DNA of 64,000 nucleotides, taken from Abditibacteriaceae bacterium (GTDB lineage: Bacteria > Armatimonadota > Abditibacteriia > Abditibacteriales > Abditibacteriaceae). This document shows, piece by piece, positions 26,791 to 35,542 of this stretch. The stretch spans positions 15,944 to 79,943 of the forward strand of contig DASVRI010000028.1 in NCBI GenBank assembly GCA_036388675.1, read 5' to 3'. The stretch's first letter is position 1, and each line of letters starts with the position of its first letter. The translations under genes were made by a program, and so were the position numbers. The notes beneath the pieces are model-generated. The model saw only the letters and a program-made list of their open reading frames with translations. It ran no database searches and had not been told where the DNA came from.

Positions 26791-27044
26791 ATCCCATCAG
26801 AACTGTGTCGCGGAAACAGGCGAAATATAACGAATCCCCATATAACACTCTGTTCTGTCGCTTGCGTGCAGCGTCGCCAGAACCGATGTTTTCTTTGTCA
26901 GAAAACGCAAGGTGAGATCGCCTGAAACGATTTATATAACCAGTGGTGCGGGTTTGCCTCAAAACAGTATTTCACCCGCCGCTGAAGCAGCAGGCTGATA
27001 GCAGAAGCTGGTTAAAACCGGCTCTTATTGCCTTTGTAAGCGTT

Positions 27045-27076
27045 TAGAGTCCCGTTCACGTAGAGTCCCGTTCACG
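27045..27076. repeat. 16-bp perfect tandem duplication
   Basis: TAGAGTCCCGTTCACG occurs twice. Lies 190 nt upstream of the ATG at 27266. Confidence 0.9.
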
Positions 27077-27265
27077 GGGCTTTTGCACCACAGCCCGCTC
27101 GTTCATGGGCGGCTCAACCTAAATCCGCACCATTGGTTAATTATCGAGCCGAGCCGTCACCTGCTATGGCCTACAGCGTATCGGCAACAAAGTGTCTGTA
27201 TACTTCGTTACAATGTAAAGAAGTCCACCTCAACTCACTTTAAGCTCAGAGAAGGATGCATTACT

Positions 27266-28747
27266 ATGATTTCACCCGGCGCGCCGTCACCTGCCCCATT
27301 TCCTTACAACCAGAATGCTCTGGGCCTTTTTGAAGACCATAGCGATGTTGGATCGGTTAAGCTGCCCGGTTCAGCAGAGTATAGCGTCGAGCGACAGCAA
27401 TACACTATTGCCGGTGCGGGCACGAATATGTGGCTGGACAGCGATCAGTTTCATTTTGTGTGGAAGCGCCTGACAGGAAACTTCATTGTGCAGGCACAGG
27501 CCGATTTCGTCGGTCAGGGCGTGGACGAGCATCGCAAGTTGGGGTGGATCGTGCGCACGGGTCTGGAGGCGAATTCCACCCACATCAATGCCGTGGTGCA
27601 TGGCGACGGCTTAACTTCGCTGCAATTCCGGCGCAGTGCAGGAGGCCAAACCGAAGAAGTCCGCTCCTCGCTCACGGGAGCCGACGTTATCCAACTGGAA
27701 CGCAGAGACAACACCTACATCATGTCGGTCGCTCGCTTTGGCGAACCGTTTGTCACCGCAGAAGTTGCCGATCTCGACCTGGGCGACGAAGTGTATGTCG
27801 GGATCTTTGTCTGCTCGCATAACGCGGATGTGCTGGAAAAAGCGATGTTCCGCAACGTGCGCATCACCGTGCCCACCTGGGAAGGTTTTGTGCCCTACCG
27901 CGATTATCTGGGGAGCAATCTCGAAATTCTCGATGTGGAGACCGGAAGCCGTCACGTAATCTTCCAGGCTCCCGACTGTCTGGAAGCGCCCAATTGGACG
28001 CCCGATGGCAAAACCCTGATTTACAACAGCAAAGGCCGGCTCTACAGTTTCGATCTTGAACACAAAGTGCCGCAAGCGCTTGATACCGGTTTTGCCGTTA
28101 AGAACAACAACGATCACGTGCTTTCATTCGACGGCACCATGATCGGCATCAGCCATCACAGCGCCGAGGATGCTAACCAATCAATCGTCTATACTCTGCC
28201 CAGCCAGGGCGGAACTCCTCAGCGGGTCACAGACAAGGGCCCGTCTTATCTGCACGGCTGGTCGCCGGACGGACGTTTCCTGGTTTATACCGGCGCCCGT
28301 GACGGCAACTACGATATCTACCAAATCTCCGTTGATGGCGGCGCAGAAACACGCCTCACCACAGATCCGGGTTTGGATGACGGTTCCGAGTACTCGCCTG
28401 ATGGACAACATATCTACTTCAACTCGGTGCGTAGCGGAACAATGCAAATCTGGCGCATGAAGCCGGACGGCACTGAACAGGAACAAATCACCAGCGATGA
28501 GTACAACAACTGGTTTCCACACATTTCTCCCGACGGCCAGTGGATTGTCTTTCTTAGCTACGCCAAAGAGGTTGATCCAAGCTCTCACCCCTACTATAAG
28601 CACGTCTATCTGCGCGCCATGCCAATTGGTGGAAGCGACCCGAAAATCATAGCCTATGTGTATGGCGGACAAGGCACCATCAATGTGCCCTCGTGGTCAC
28701 CGGACAGCAAGCGAATTGCTTTTGTCAGCAACACGCAGGTGAAGTGA
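27266..28747 (+). CDS. TolB-like PD40 beta-propeller protein with an N-terminal lectin/jelly-roll-like domain
   Basis: PD40 repeats are present: PDGKTLIYNS, SPDGRFLVYTGARDGNYDIYQISVDGG, YSPDGQHIYFNS, SPDGQWIVFLSY, WSPDSKRIAFVS. GAAGGA RBS before the ATG at 27266. No signal peptide. Confidence 0.75.
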   Translation: MISPGAPSPAPFPYNQNALGLFEDHSDVGSVKLPGSAEYSVERQQYTIAGAGTNMWLDSDQFHFVWKRLTGNFIVQAQADFVGQGVDEHRKLGWIVRTGLEANSTHINAVVHGDGLTSLQFRRSAGGQTEEVRSSLTGADVIQLERRDNTYIMSVARFGEPFVTAEVADLDLGDEVYVGIFVCSHNADVLEKAMFRNVRITVPTWEGFVPYRDYLGSNLEILDVETGSRHVIFQAPDCLEAPNWTPDGKTLIYNSKGRLYSFDLEHKVPQALDTGFAVKNNNDHVLSFDGTMIGISHHSAEDANQSIVYTLPSQGGTPQRVTDKGPSYLHGWSPDGRFLVYTGARDGNYDIYQISVDGGAETRLTTDPGLDDGSEYSPDGQHIYFNSVRSGTMQIWRMKPDGTEQEQITSDEYNNWFPHISPDGQWIVFLSYAKEVDPSSHPYYKHVYLRAMPIGGSDPKIIAYVYGGQGTINVPSWSPDSKRIAFVSNTQVK

Positions 28748-28796
28748 TATAGTGATACTCTGCCGCGTTTTGAGAAAGTAACCACAACCAGGCTCA

Positions 28797-28824
28797 TCAT
28801 CAGAGCCTGCTCATCAGAGCCTGC
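28797..28824. repeat. 14-bp perfect tandem duplication
   Basis: TCATCAGAGCCTGC occurs twice. Lies 50 nt downstream of the stop at 28747. It overlaps a CAGGCTC/GAGCCTG hairpin. Confidence 0.9.
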
Positions 28825-28951
28825 TCTCTCGGGTGGTCATTGTTGTGGACATCGCCACAGACACTCTGAACAGACTCGAACGAGGAACGGCGTAGCCATT
28901 GATGATCTGCAAAACGACTTCTGTTATGTTGTAACACGGAGGGACAAACAC

Positions 28952-31084
28952 ATGATATTTGCCAACGGAAGAATCAAATTCTTACTGAGTACTTTGTTAA
29001 TCGGCAGCATTGTTTTGCGCACAGCCCCCGCTCAGGCCCAATCGTTCGAGCGCATAGAAGCATCCTTTGCCATCGCAAATCTAACGAGTGACCCGTTCGA
29101 TTACGAGAAGACCGATGTGCAGGTGCAACTTCAGAAGCCGGATAGTTCCACAGTTACTGTTCCGGCTTTTTTTAACGGGGGCACCACATGGCGCGTTCGT
29201 TATACACCGTTGGCAACCGGCACTTATCGCCTGGCCACAATTACGCTCAACGGGCGTCCCACGGCTGCCATAAATGTGCAGCCGCGCCAATGGAAAGTTA
29301 ATCGCACTCCACGGCCCGGCTTTGTGCGCATTGACAAGAGGAACCCACGTCGTTTCGCCTTCGAAAACGGACAGCGCTATTTTCCGGTGGGACACAATGC
29401 GGCGTGGAAGAACACCAGAGACCCATCAGTGCCTGAGATGCTGGCCAAAATGGGCATAGCCGGCGAGAACTGGGCGCGCATCTGGATGAACCACTGGGAC
29501 GACAAGAACCTCGATTGGCCGTCCAGCTACACATCCCTCAAGCTCGGCGAGTTGAACCTGGACGTAGCGCGTAAGTGGGACTACATCGTCGAAGCGGCGG
29601 AACGCAGCGGCATCTATTTACAGCCGGTGTTCCAACACCATGGCCAGTACTCGACACGCACCGACCCGAACTGGAATGACAATCCTTACAACACTGCACG
29701 CGGCGGATTCCTGAGCGATCCCAAGGAGTTTTTCACCAATGCGCAGGCCAAGGCATTGACCAGGCGTAAGCTGCGCTATGCGGTGGCACGTTGGGGCTAC
29801 TCGCCCAACATCATGGCCTGGGAGCTATGGAACGAGGTGCAATTCACGGATGCCGCACAAGCGGGACAGTGGGACATCATCGCCGCCTGGCACAATGAAA
29901 TGGCCGCCTTTCTGCGCAGCCAGGACATCAACCGTCATCTTATCACCACGAGTTCGGAAATTCCGGTTCAGGTTTATGGTTCGCTGGATTACTTTCAGCA
30001 CCATGTCTATCCGCCGGACATTATCGTGGCGGCGCGTAACCCGCAAAACCGCGACGCCATGGCCATCGCAAAACCGAACTTTGCCGCCGAATCCGGCATG
30101 GGCGACGTGCAGCCATACGGAATGCACGCCTTGCTCTGGGCCAGCTTGATGAGCAACCAGGCCGGCGCCTCGCAGCCGTGGTTTTGGGATGTCATCGCGC
30201 GACAAGACCTCTATTCGGTATTTACACCGGTGCAGAAGTTTGTGCGTCGCACCCGACTCGCCGAGCGTGACAACCTGATTCAAACAGAGCCAGCCGTCAA
30301 CACCCCGGCACTGGCCGATCTCATTCTGCGTCCACGCCGTGGCACCGGCGCGTCCGACCAATTTGAGTTCGTCATCAACAGCGAGGGCGCTCCGGCCAAC
30401 ATTCGCGGGCTATCATCCTTTTTTCCGGGTCAGAACACTTCCACTCCGGCGCGTCCCAACGCAGCCGCTGCCAACGCAGCCGCCAGCGCACCCGCTCAAG
30501 CCCCAACTAGAATGACGCCGCACCCTCTGGTGTTCAAAGTTGATTACGCGCAGCCAAACCGTTTGACAATAAACCTCGGTCGGGTCTGGCCCGCAGGCGC
30601 TCGCCTCAAAGTCAGCGTGGATGGTCAAAGCGTCGTCGAGCGGGAACTGGCTCCATCTCCCGCCCCGCAGCGCGGCACTGGAGGTTTTGGCACGACGGGC
30701 GGCGAGACAATTCGCGTGGAAATTCCTACCGGGCCACACTCCATTACGGTGGAAAACATCGGACAGGACGGCGTCCAAATTCGCGATTTCACCTTCGCCA
30801 ATACGATCAAGGCTCTGGCGTCTTACGGCGTAACCAATGGCGAGTGGGCCGCAATGTGGATTTACCATCGGGGACAGATTTTTAGCCCCGACGCGACACA
30901 AACGGCATCCGGCAAAATTGCCGTCACTGGCTTGCAGGCCGGGCAATATCGTGCGGAATGGTGGGACACCACAGCCGGGCGAGTACTCAACACTGTGGCC
31001 GTGAATGTCACCGATGCTGCGCAACCCGTGCAACTCGATATTCCGCCGGTTGTGCGCGATGTCGCTCTGCTAATCGAGAAGTGA
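28952..31084 (+). CDS. Secreted clan GH-A-like glycoside hydrolase with an N-terminal DUF5060 Ig-like domain
   Basis: Signal peptide present. VQVQLQKPDSSTVTVPAFFNGGTTWRVRYTPLATGTYRL is DUF5060-like. MAWELWNEV carries the NE acid/base motif of (beta/alpha)8 GH-A enzymes. Confidence 0.65.
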   Translation: MIFANGRIKFLLSTLLIGSIVLRTAPAQAQSFERIEASFAIANLTSDPFDYEKTDVQVQLQKPDSSTVTVPAFFNGGTTWRVRYTPLATGTYRLATITLNGRPTAAINVQPRQWKVNRTPRPGFVRIDKRNPRRFAFENGQRYFPVGHNAAWKNTRDPSVPEMLAKMGIAGENWARIWMNHWDDKNLDWPSSYTSLKLGELNLDVARKWDYIVEAAERSGIYLQPVFQHHGQYSTRTDPNWNDNPYNTARGGFLSDPKEFFTNAQAKALTRRKLRYAVARWGYSPNIMAWELWNEVQFTDAAQAGQWDIIAAWHNEMAAFLRSQDINRHLITTSSEIPVQVYGSLDYFQHHVYPPDIIVAARNPQNRDAMAIAKPNFAAESGMGDVQPYGMHALLWASLMSNQAGASQPWFWDVIARQDLYSVFTPVQKFVRRTRLAERDNLIQTEPAVNTPALADLILRPRRGTGASDQFEFVINSEGAPANIRGLSSFFPGQNTSTPARPNAAAANAAASAPAQAPTRMTPHPLVFKVDYAQPNRLTINLGRVWPAGARLKVSVDGQSVVERELAPSPAPQRGTGGFGTTGGETIRVEIPTGPHSITVENIGQDGVQIRDFTFANTIKALASYGVTNGEWAAMWIYHRGQIFSPDATQTASGKIAVTGLQAGQYRAEWWDTTAGRVLNTVAVNVTDAAQPVQLDIPPVVRDVALLIEK

Positions 31085-31181
31085 TGTTGACAACTCAGCA
31101 CAAGAGGTTCAACACGCTTTTTCGCGTAGTTCAGGCCGCACCGATGACACGCTTTTCGGGGGCACAGTCAGGAGGTTTAAC

Positions 31182-31883
31182 ATGGGGAACACCTTTCCAG
31201 ACGATGAGAACGCGGTGCAGAAGTGGCGCGAAGACTATGAGCGCGACGGCTTTTTCATTGTGCCGCAACTGTTCGATGCCGAAGAATGCAAGACCTGGAA
31301 ACGTGAAGCGCTACGTGTATTGCGCGAGTCTGCCGGGCCAAAATCAACTGTTTACGTTGGTGCTGCGGCGGCGTCTCCTATTTTCTACGCTCTGGCCGGC
31401 GACTCCCGACTGGTCGCCGTATTACGCGCACTGATGCCGCACGGAGTGGCCTTCTTGTCGGACAAGATTGTCTTCAAGTCGGGGACGAAGATGTTCGCTA
31501 CGCCGTGGCACTTTGATGCGGCTTACTGGCCCCACACACGCCCCAAGCTCTCGGTGTGGATTGCTCTGGATGAAGTGCGTGAGGCCAATGGTGCATTGAA
31601 GGTGTTGCCGGGCAGCCATCAGCGTTCCTGGCAGAGCACGGGCGGAGATGCCGCAGCAACCAACGACGAGTTTACGACGGTTGTTACACCTGACTGGCAA
31701 GCCGGCGACGAAAAAGTTTGTCCACTACCACAAGGCGGAGTCATAATATTCGCGGATCGCTTGCTGCACGCCTCGTGTCCCAACACCGATGGCGGCGACC
31801 GCTACTCGTTAATCAGCACCTATCACGCGCCTGGCCCTGAAGAACCTTTTGACGAGCATTTTCCGGCAAGGCACGTTGTCTGA
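31182..31883 (+). CDS. Phytanoyl-CoA dioxygenase (PhyH) family Fe(II)/2-oxoglutarate oxygenase
   Basis: Contains YERDGFFIVPQLF, WHFDAAYW (HxD) and ALKVLPGSHQ. Confidence 0.75.
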   Translation: MGNTFPDDENAVQKWREDYERDGFFIVPQLFDAEECKTWKREALRVLRESAGPKSTVYVGAAAASPIFYALAGDSRLVAVLRALMPHGVAFLSDKIVFKSGTKMFATPWHFDAAYWPHTRPKLSVWIALDEVREANGALKVLPGSHQRSWQSTGGDAAATNDEFTTVVTPDWQAGDEKVCPLPQGGVIIFADRLLHASCPNTDGGDRYSLISTYHAPGPEEPFDEHFPARHVV

Positions 31884-31985
31884 GCGCACCCCGCATGAGG
31901 CTTGTTCGCTTCACGAGTACTCGTTGTTCAAAAATATCGTTAGCTAACCCTAAAGCACGTTTCAGTCCAGTTGTGCGGGGTGTTT

Positions 31986-32018
31986 CCTGTCGGGGCGCAT
32001 GCCATGCGCCCCGACAGG
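31986..32018. terminator. GC-rich hairpin between convergent genes (bidirectional terminator candidate)
   Basis: CCTGTCGGGGCGC-ATGCCAT-GCGCCCCGACAGG, a 13-bp stem. The GGGGCGC..GCGCCCC core is related to the GTAGGGGCG modules. Confidence 0.5.
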
Positions 32019-32044
32019 GGACGACAACTCGTCTCAAAGGCGCT

Positions 32045-33016
32045 CTAGTTGTCACTTGTCCTACTTTTTCCTTCAACGACGTAATAGAGTGGACGCCCGT
32101 CGCCAGCCCACGAGACGATGTTGTACACGGCCTTACGTCGCAACTCTTGTTCGGCCTCGACCGAGTAGAAAGCAGCGTGTGGGCTGAGTATCACACGCGG
32201 ATGGTGCCGAATCGGATCTGCCGCTGCCGGTGGCTCCTGGGGCAGTACATCCAGAGCCGCGCCACGCAGCCGACCGTTATCCAGTGCGGTGAGCAGGTCA
32301 CTCAAGTTGATCAGGCCGCCGCGTGCCGTATTTACCAGGTAACTGCCCTCACGCATCAAGCCGAGCAAGCGCGCGTTCACCATGCCGGAGGTTTCTGCCG
32401 TGAGAGGGAGGTGCAGAGAAATAACATGCGCCTGTCGGAAGAGTTGCTCCAAAGTGACCCTCTCCACGGCTCCATTCCAGTTGGCCTGCTGTAAAAACGG
32501 GTCATAGCCCAGGACGCGCCCAAACCAGGGTTGCATTCGAGCAGCCAGCAAGCTGCCGATGCGTCCCATGCCGACCACACCCAGACTCAAGGTGCTGAGT
32601 CGATGGAGCGATCCCGGCGAAAGGTAATGCCACTCCCCTTCTCTGATATTTCGATCATAGAATGGCAGATGGCGCATCAGGGACAACACCATTGCTGCGG
32701 CGTGCGATGCTACCTCTTCGACTCCATAATCGGGAACATTGCTCACCCATATTCCGCGCGATTGCGCGGCTTCTAAGTTGATGGTATCAACACCGACACC
32801 ATAGCGGCTGATAATACCCAACTCCGGCAACTGCTCCACGACTTCGCGTGTGACGGGTGCATATTGAACGAGCAAAGCACCGGCGCCTTGTGCCGCCTCG
32901 ATGACCTCACCAGGCGTGTGGCACTGAGCTACGCTCAGCTCGAACCCGGAGTCGTGCAGAATTGTTTTCTCCAGAGAAAGATCCGGATAATCACTATCGG
33001 TGATGAGAACTTTCAC
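32045..33016 (-). CDS. D-isomer-specific 2-hydroxyacid dehydrogenase family protein
   Basis: Contains GVVGMGRIGSLLA (GxGxxG), NTARGGLI and AALDVLPQEP. Confidence 0.85.
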   Translation of the reverse strand: MKVLITDSDYPDLSLEKTILHDSGFELSVAQCHTPGEVIEAAQGAGALLVQYAPVTREVVEQLPELGIISRYGVGVDTINLEAAQSRGIWVSNVPDYGVEEVASHAAAMVLSLMRHLPFYDRNIREGEWHYLSPGSLHRLSTLSLGVVGMGRIGSLLAARMQPWFGRVLGYDPFLQQANWNGAVERVTLEQLFRQAHVISLHLPLTAETSGMVNARLLGLMREGSYLVNTARGGLINLSDLLTALDNGRLRGAALDVLPQEPPAAADPIRHHPRVILSPHAAFYSVEAEQELRRKAVYNIVSWAGDGRPLYYVVEGKSRTSDN

Positions 33017-33154
33017 CTGTTAGCTCCTTCGCTCCGCCACGGCATTCTCGCACCCAAACACGGTCGCAGTTTTCGCATCGACTGTGTCTTCATACAAGGT
33101 TCCTGGCGTTGTTCGTTGGTAAATGATGGGTAATGGCTTCAACCAAGCATGGCT

Positions 33155-35209
33155 TTAACCGGGCATGAGCAAATGTCCGGTGCGCCCTTGCCAACCATCA
33201 ATAACGAGCCAGAACAGGATCATGGTTACATCACCAAACGCCAAGCCCAAGAAGGCCGGTGTCGCCTTGCGGTAAGTGTCAATGCCGCCAAAGCGTGTAA
33301 TTAGCACCTTGGCCAGCCAGCCGAGGAAAATTGAAACCCAGAACATCCTCACAGGAAAGATCATGGAGACCAGGTAGCCGAGAGGATGGAATGGGAAAAT
33401 CGGGATGCGGCTGCGTCCCAGCATCATGGCGTAAGTCAGTGCCGCCCCGACTCCCATCCACAACCAGTTGCTCCACGCAGAACCGACGTTGCCCTTCATG
33501 ATCTCATTGATGAACTGCACCGGCGCAACGGGGCCATATTGAGCAAACCAGCGGTGCCCCAGTGACAGCCCACCATTATCGTAGCCCAGCCGCACCACCG
33601 TCCACCAGCTCACCACAACCGAAATAAGAACGACGGCACTGATAAGCCCTGCCAGACGCCGGGGGTGAAGTTGGTGGTCGTGCGCCAGCTTGAAGCTCTG
33701 CACGAAACTTGGCATGATGAAGCCGCGCATGTGAAAAACAATCGTGTTCTGAAAGAATGATGCGGGAATCAATCCGTTGGCTGGAGTCAGCCACTGGCTG
33801 GAGCCGCTGTTGAGCAGCTTGGCTATCGCTCCCAAGGGTGAAGACTGAGCCATCATGAACAGCATTCCCGCTTCGACTGCGACGCGTGTGAGAGCAATAG
33901 ACAGGATGAGATAAGCCAGCCACAATACGACTGCAATGTCAAAACGCACTCCAGCCAGGCAAGTGAACCCCAGCAAAGCAGCAAGCGACGCCATAAATCC
34001 CCAGAATGCAACGGGATAAGACAACACTTCAGTGCGCTCTGAAGGTAGAGCGTCCACACGGCCCAGAGCACGCTGGGCGACGTGTCGCAGGTGAGCCCGT
34101 GCCGTCCACATCACCAGGGCGACGTAAACCAGGCAACAGCCCACGGCTTGATAACCTGTAAACAGCTTCGAGCCGAATAGCACCCCGGAACCAGGCAGTG
34201 CGTTTGGAGAGAAGCCGAAATAGTAAGCCGCGATAAATTGAAAATTGATGAACCAGAAGAAGAACCAGAGCGAGAACGAAACTTCCGATGTCAGCAAGTA
34301 AGCCACACCAATGACGATGGGATAAACATTGATCGGCATCCAGCCGAGCTGATTCCATGGCGCCTCGGTGAGCAGCGGCCCCATATCAATCTCCAGCGGA
34401 AAAGTCGGGACATCGGGATAATAGAGGTGAAGTCCGCGCAGCAGTTGAATAAAGACGGCAATACCAAAGCCGCACCAGGTTAAGGGGTTGCGAAAAAAGC
34501 CGCTGAAGTTCTTACCATCTTCTCGGTCAAGGTCTTCTGTCAGTTCTAATGGAAGGCGCAGCAGGGGGAAAGACAGTGCTTCTTTTTCGGCCCACTGCGC
34601 ACGCAACATGACGCTGAGGCAGCCCAGCATCACGTATGAGCTCAGAACGAAACTGCCCCAGAATAAAAGCGGTATCAACCAGGCATTCCACGGAATCTGC
34701 TCGCTGCCGATTCCAACATACCAGCCCTCAACAACGAGTCGATTGTATTGCCCACCCGCTGCTAAAGCGGGCGTAAGCCAAGGCTTGATATAAGGCTGCA
34801 ATTGTTGTAACCAACCGTTTTCCGGTGTGGCGAAATAGAACGGTGCAACGAGATTGGGAATCACAAAGTTCTCTGCACCGTGGCCCGGAACCAGGGAAGA
34901 GAACATGCAGGTGATGTAGATGGTCAGCGCTTCCTGACGCGTAAAAGCCAACCTTACCGAGATCAGGCGCAGCACAGGATTGATGACGAGTACCAGAATC
35001 AGCAATACGCCAACGGCGCCGGCGGGCAAATGAGTCGCGCCCAGGAAGGTGTTGAACAGCTTGTAGTCAATAACTGGAATGGCATAACCGAACAGCACAG
35101 CCAGCGCGAGAGACAGCACCACAACGCGGAAAGTGACACCGCCGTTGTTTGTGGACAACTTACTTTCAGCATGAGTATGCGGTTCAAGTGAAGCCGAGGG
35201 TGCTTTCAT
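33155..35209 (-). CDS. Large polytopic membrane protein of unknown function, paralog 1 (DUF6785/DUF6784-like by recollection)
   Basis: 684 aa from the ATG at 35209, with many hydrophobic helices. Roughly half its residues are identical to 54093-56183 in aligned blocks (ITFRVV.L.L.LAV.FGY.IP..D.KL.NTF.GA.HLP, SVMLRAQW.E.EAL.FPL.RLPLE.TED, LTSEVSF.WFF.WF, ITRFGGI..YRK..P.FLGLA.GDV.MILFWL..DGWQGR.GH). Confidence 0.8.
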   Translation of the reverse strand: MKAPSASLEPHTHAESKLSTNNGGVTFRVVVLSLALAVLFGYAIPVIDYKLFNTFLGATHLPAGAVGVLLILVLVINPVLRLISVRLAFTRQEALTIYITCMFSSLVPGHGAENFVIPNLVAPFYFATPENGWLQQLQPYIKPWLTPALAAGGQYNRLVVEGWYVGIGSEQIPWNAWLIPLLFWGSFVLSSYVMLGCLSVMLRAQWAEKEALSFPLLRLPLELTEDLDREDGKNFSGFFRNPLTWCGFGIAVFIQLLRGLHLYYPDVPTFPLEIDMGPLLTEAPWNQLGWMPINVYPIVIGVAYLLTSEVSFSLWFFFWFINFQFIAAYYFGFSPNALPGSGVLFGSKLFTGYQAVGCCLVYVALVMWTARAHLRHVAQRALGRVDALPSERTEVLSYPVAFWGFMASLAALLGFTCLAGVRFDIAVVLWLAYLILSIALTRVAVEAGMLFMMAQSSPLGAIAKLLNSGSSQWLTPANGLIPASFFQNTIVFHMRGFIMPSFVQSFKLAHDHQLHPRRLAGLISAVVLISVVVSWWTVVRLGYDNGGLSLGHRWFAQYGPVAPVQFINEIMKGNVGSAWSNWLWMGVGAALTYAMMLGRSRIPIFPFHPLGYLVSMIFPVRMFWVSIFLGWLAKVLITRFGGIDTYRKATPAFLGLAFGDVTMILFWLVIDGWQGRTGHLLMPG

Positions 35210-35542
35210 GAAAATTTGTCCCTTCAAAACTGTGTGTGAGCACAAACTGTAGCTGTTAGATGCCAGGTACCCAAACAGAGTTAAGTTGCCGATAACCGCG
35301 CCGCCCATAAGCGTTTTAAAACCTTTTCTGACGTGAATGCGAGTACTCGAAAGGCTTACACATGGAGGCTTCATGCCAACATTCAACAGCAATACCGAGG
35401 TTCGAAATCGGCTTCAAGCATTTAACCCCGTTGCTCGTTCCTGATTGAAAACCAAGTGCCTCCTTGCATCAACTCAAAGCACACAAACTCTGACGCGAGC
35501 ACTCTTTGCATTAAGTATTGCGGCGCTGCATCCTGCTGCCGC

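Noticed and set aside
27083-27265. N-terminal extension of the TolB-like ORF (the track start at 27083)
   Set aside because: The extension has no protein-like features and covers the tandem-repeat region. An ATG at 27266 has a GAAGGA RBS and starts the recognisable domain.
14600-28824. Short tandem repeats (14600, 15840, 18501, 27045, 28797) as CRISPR arrays
   Set aside because: Units are directly adjacent with no spacers, there are only 2-3 units of 14-19 bp, and no cas genes are present.
31895-32494. 199-aa plus-strand ORF
   Set aside because: It starts in the intergenic hairpin repeat and then runs antisense to the well-supported 2-hydroxyacid dehydrogenase gene. The translation is low quality.
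35210-35392. N-terminal extension of membrane paralog 1
   Set aside because: Alignment with paralog 2 begins near MKAPSAS at 35209. The extension is not conserved between the paralogues.
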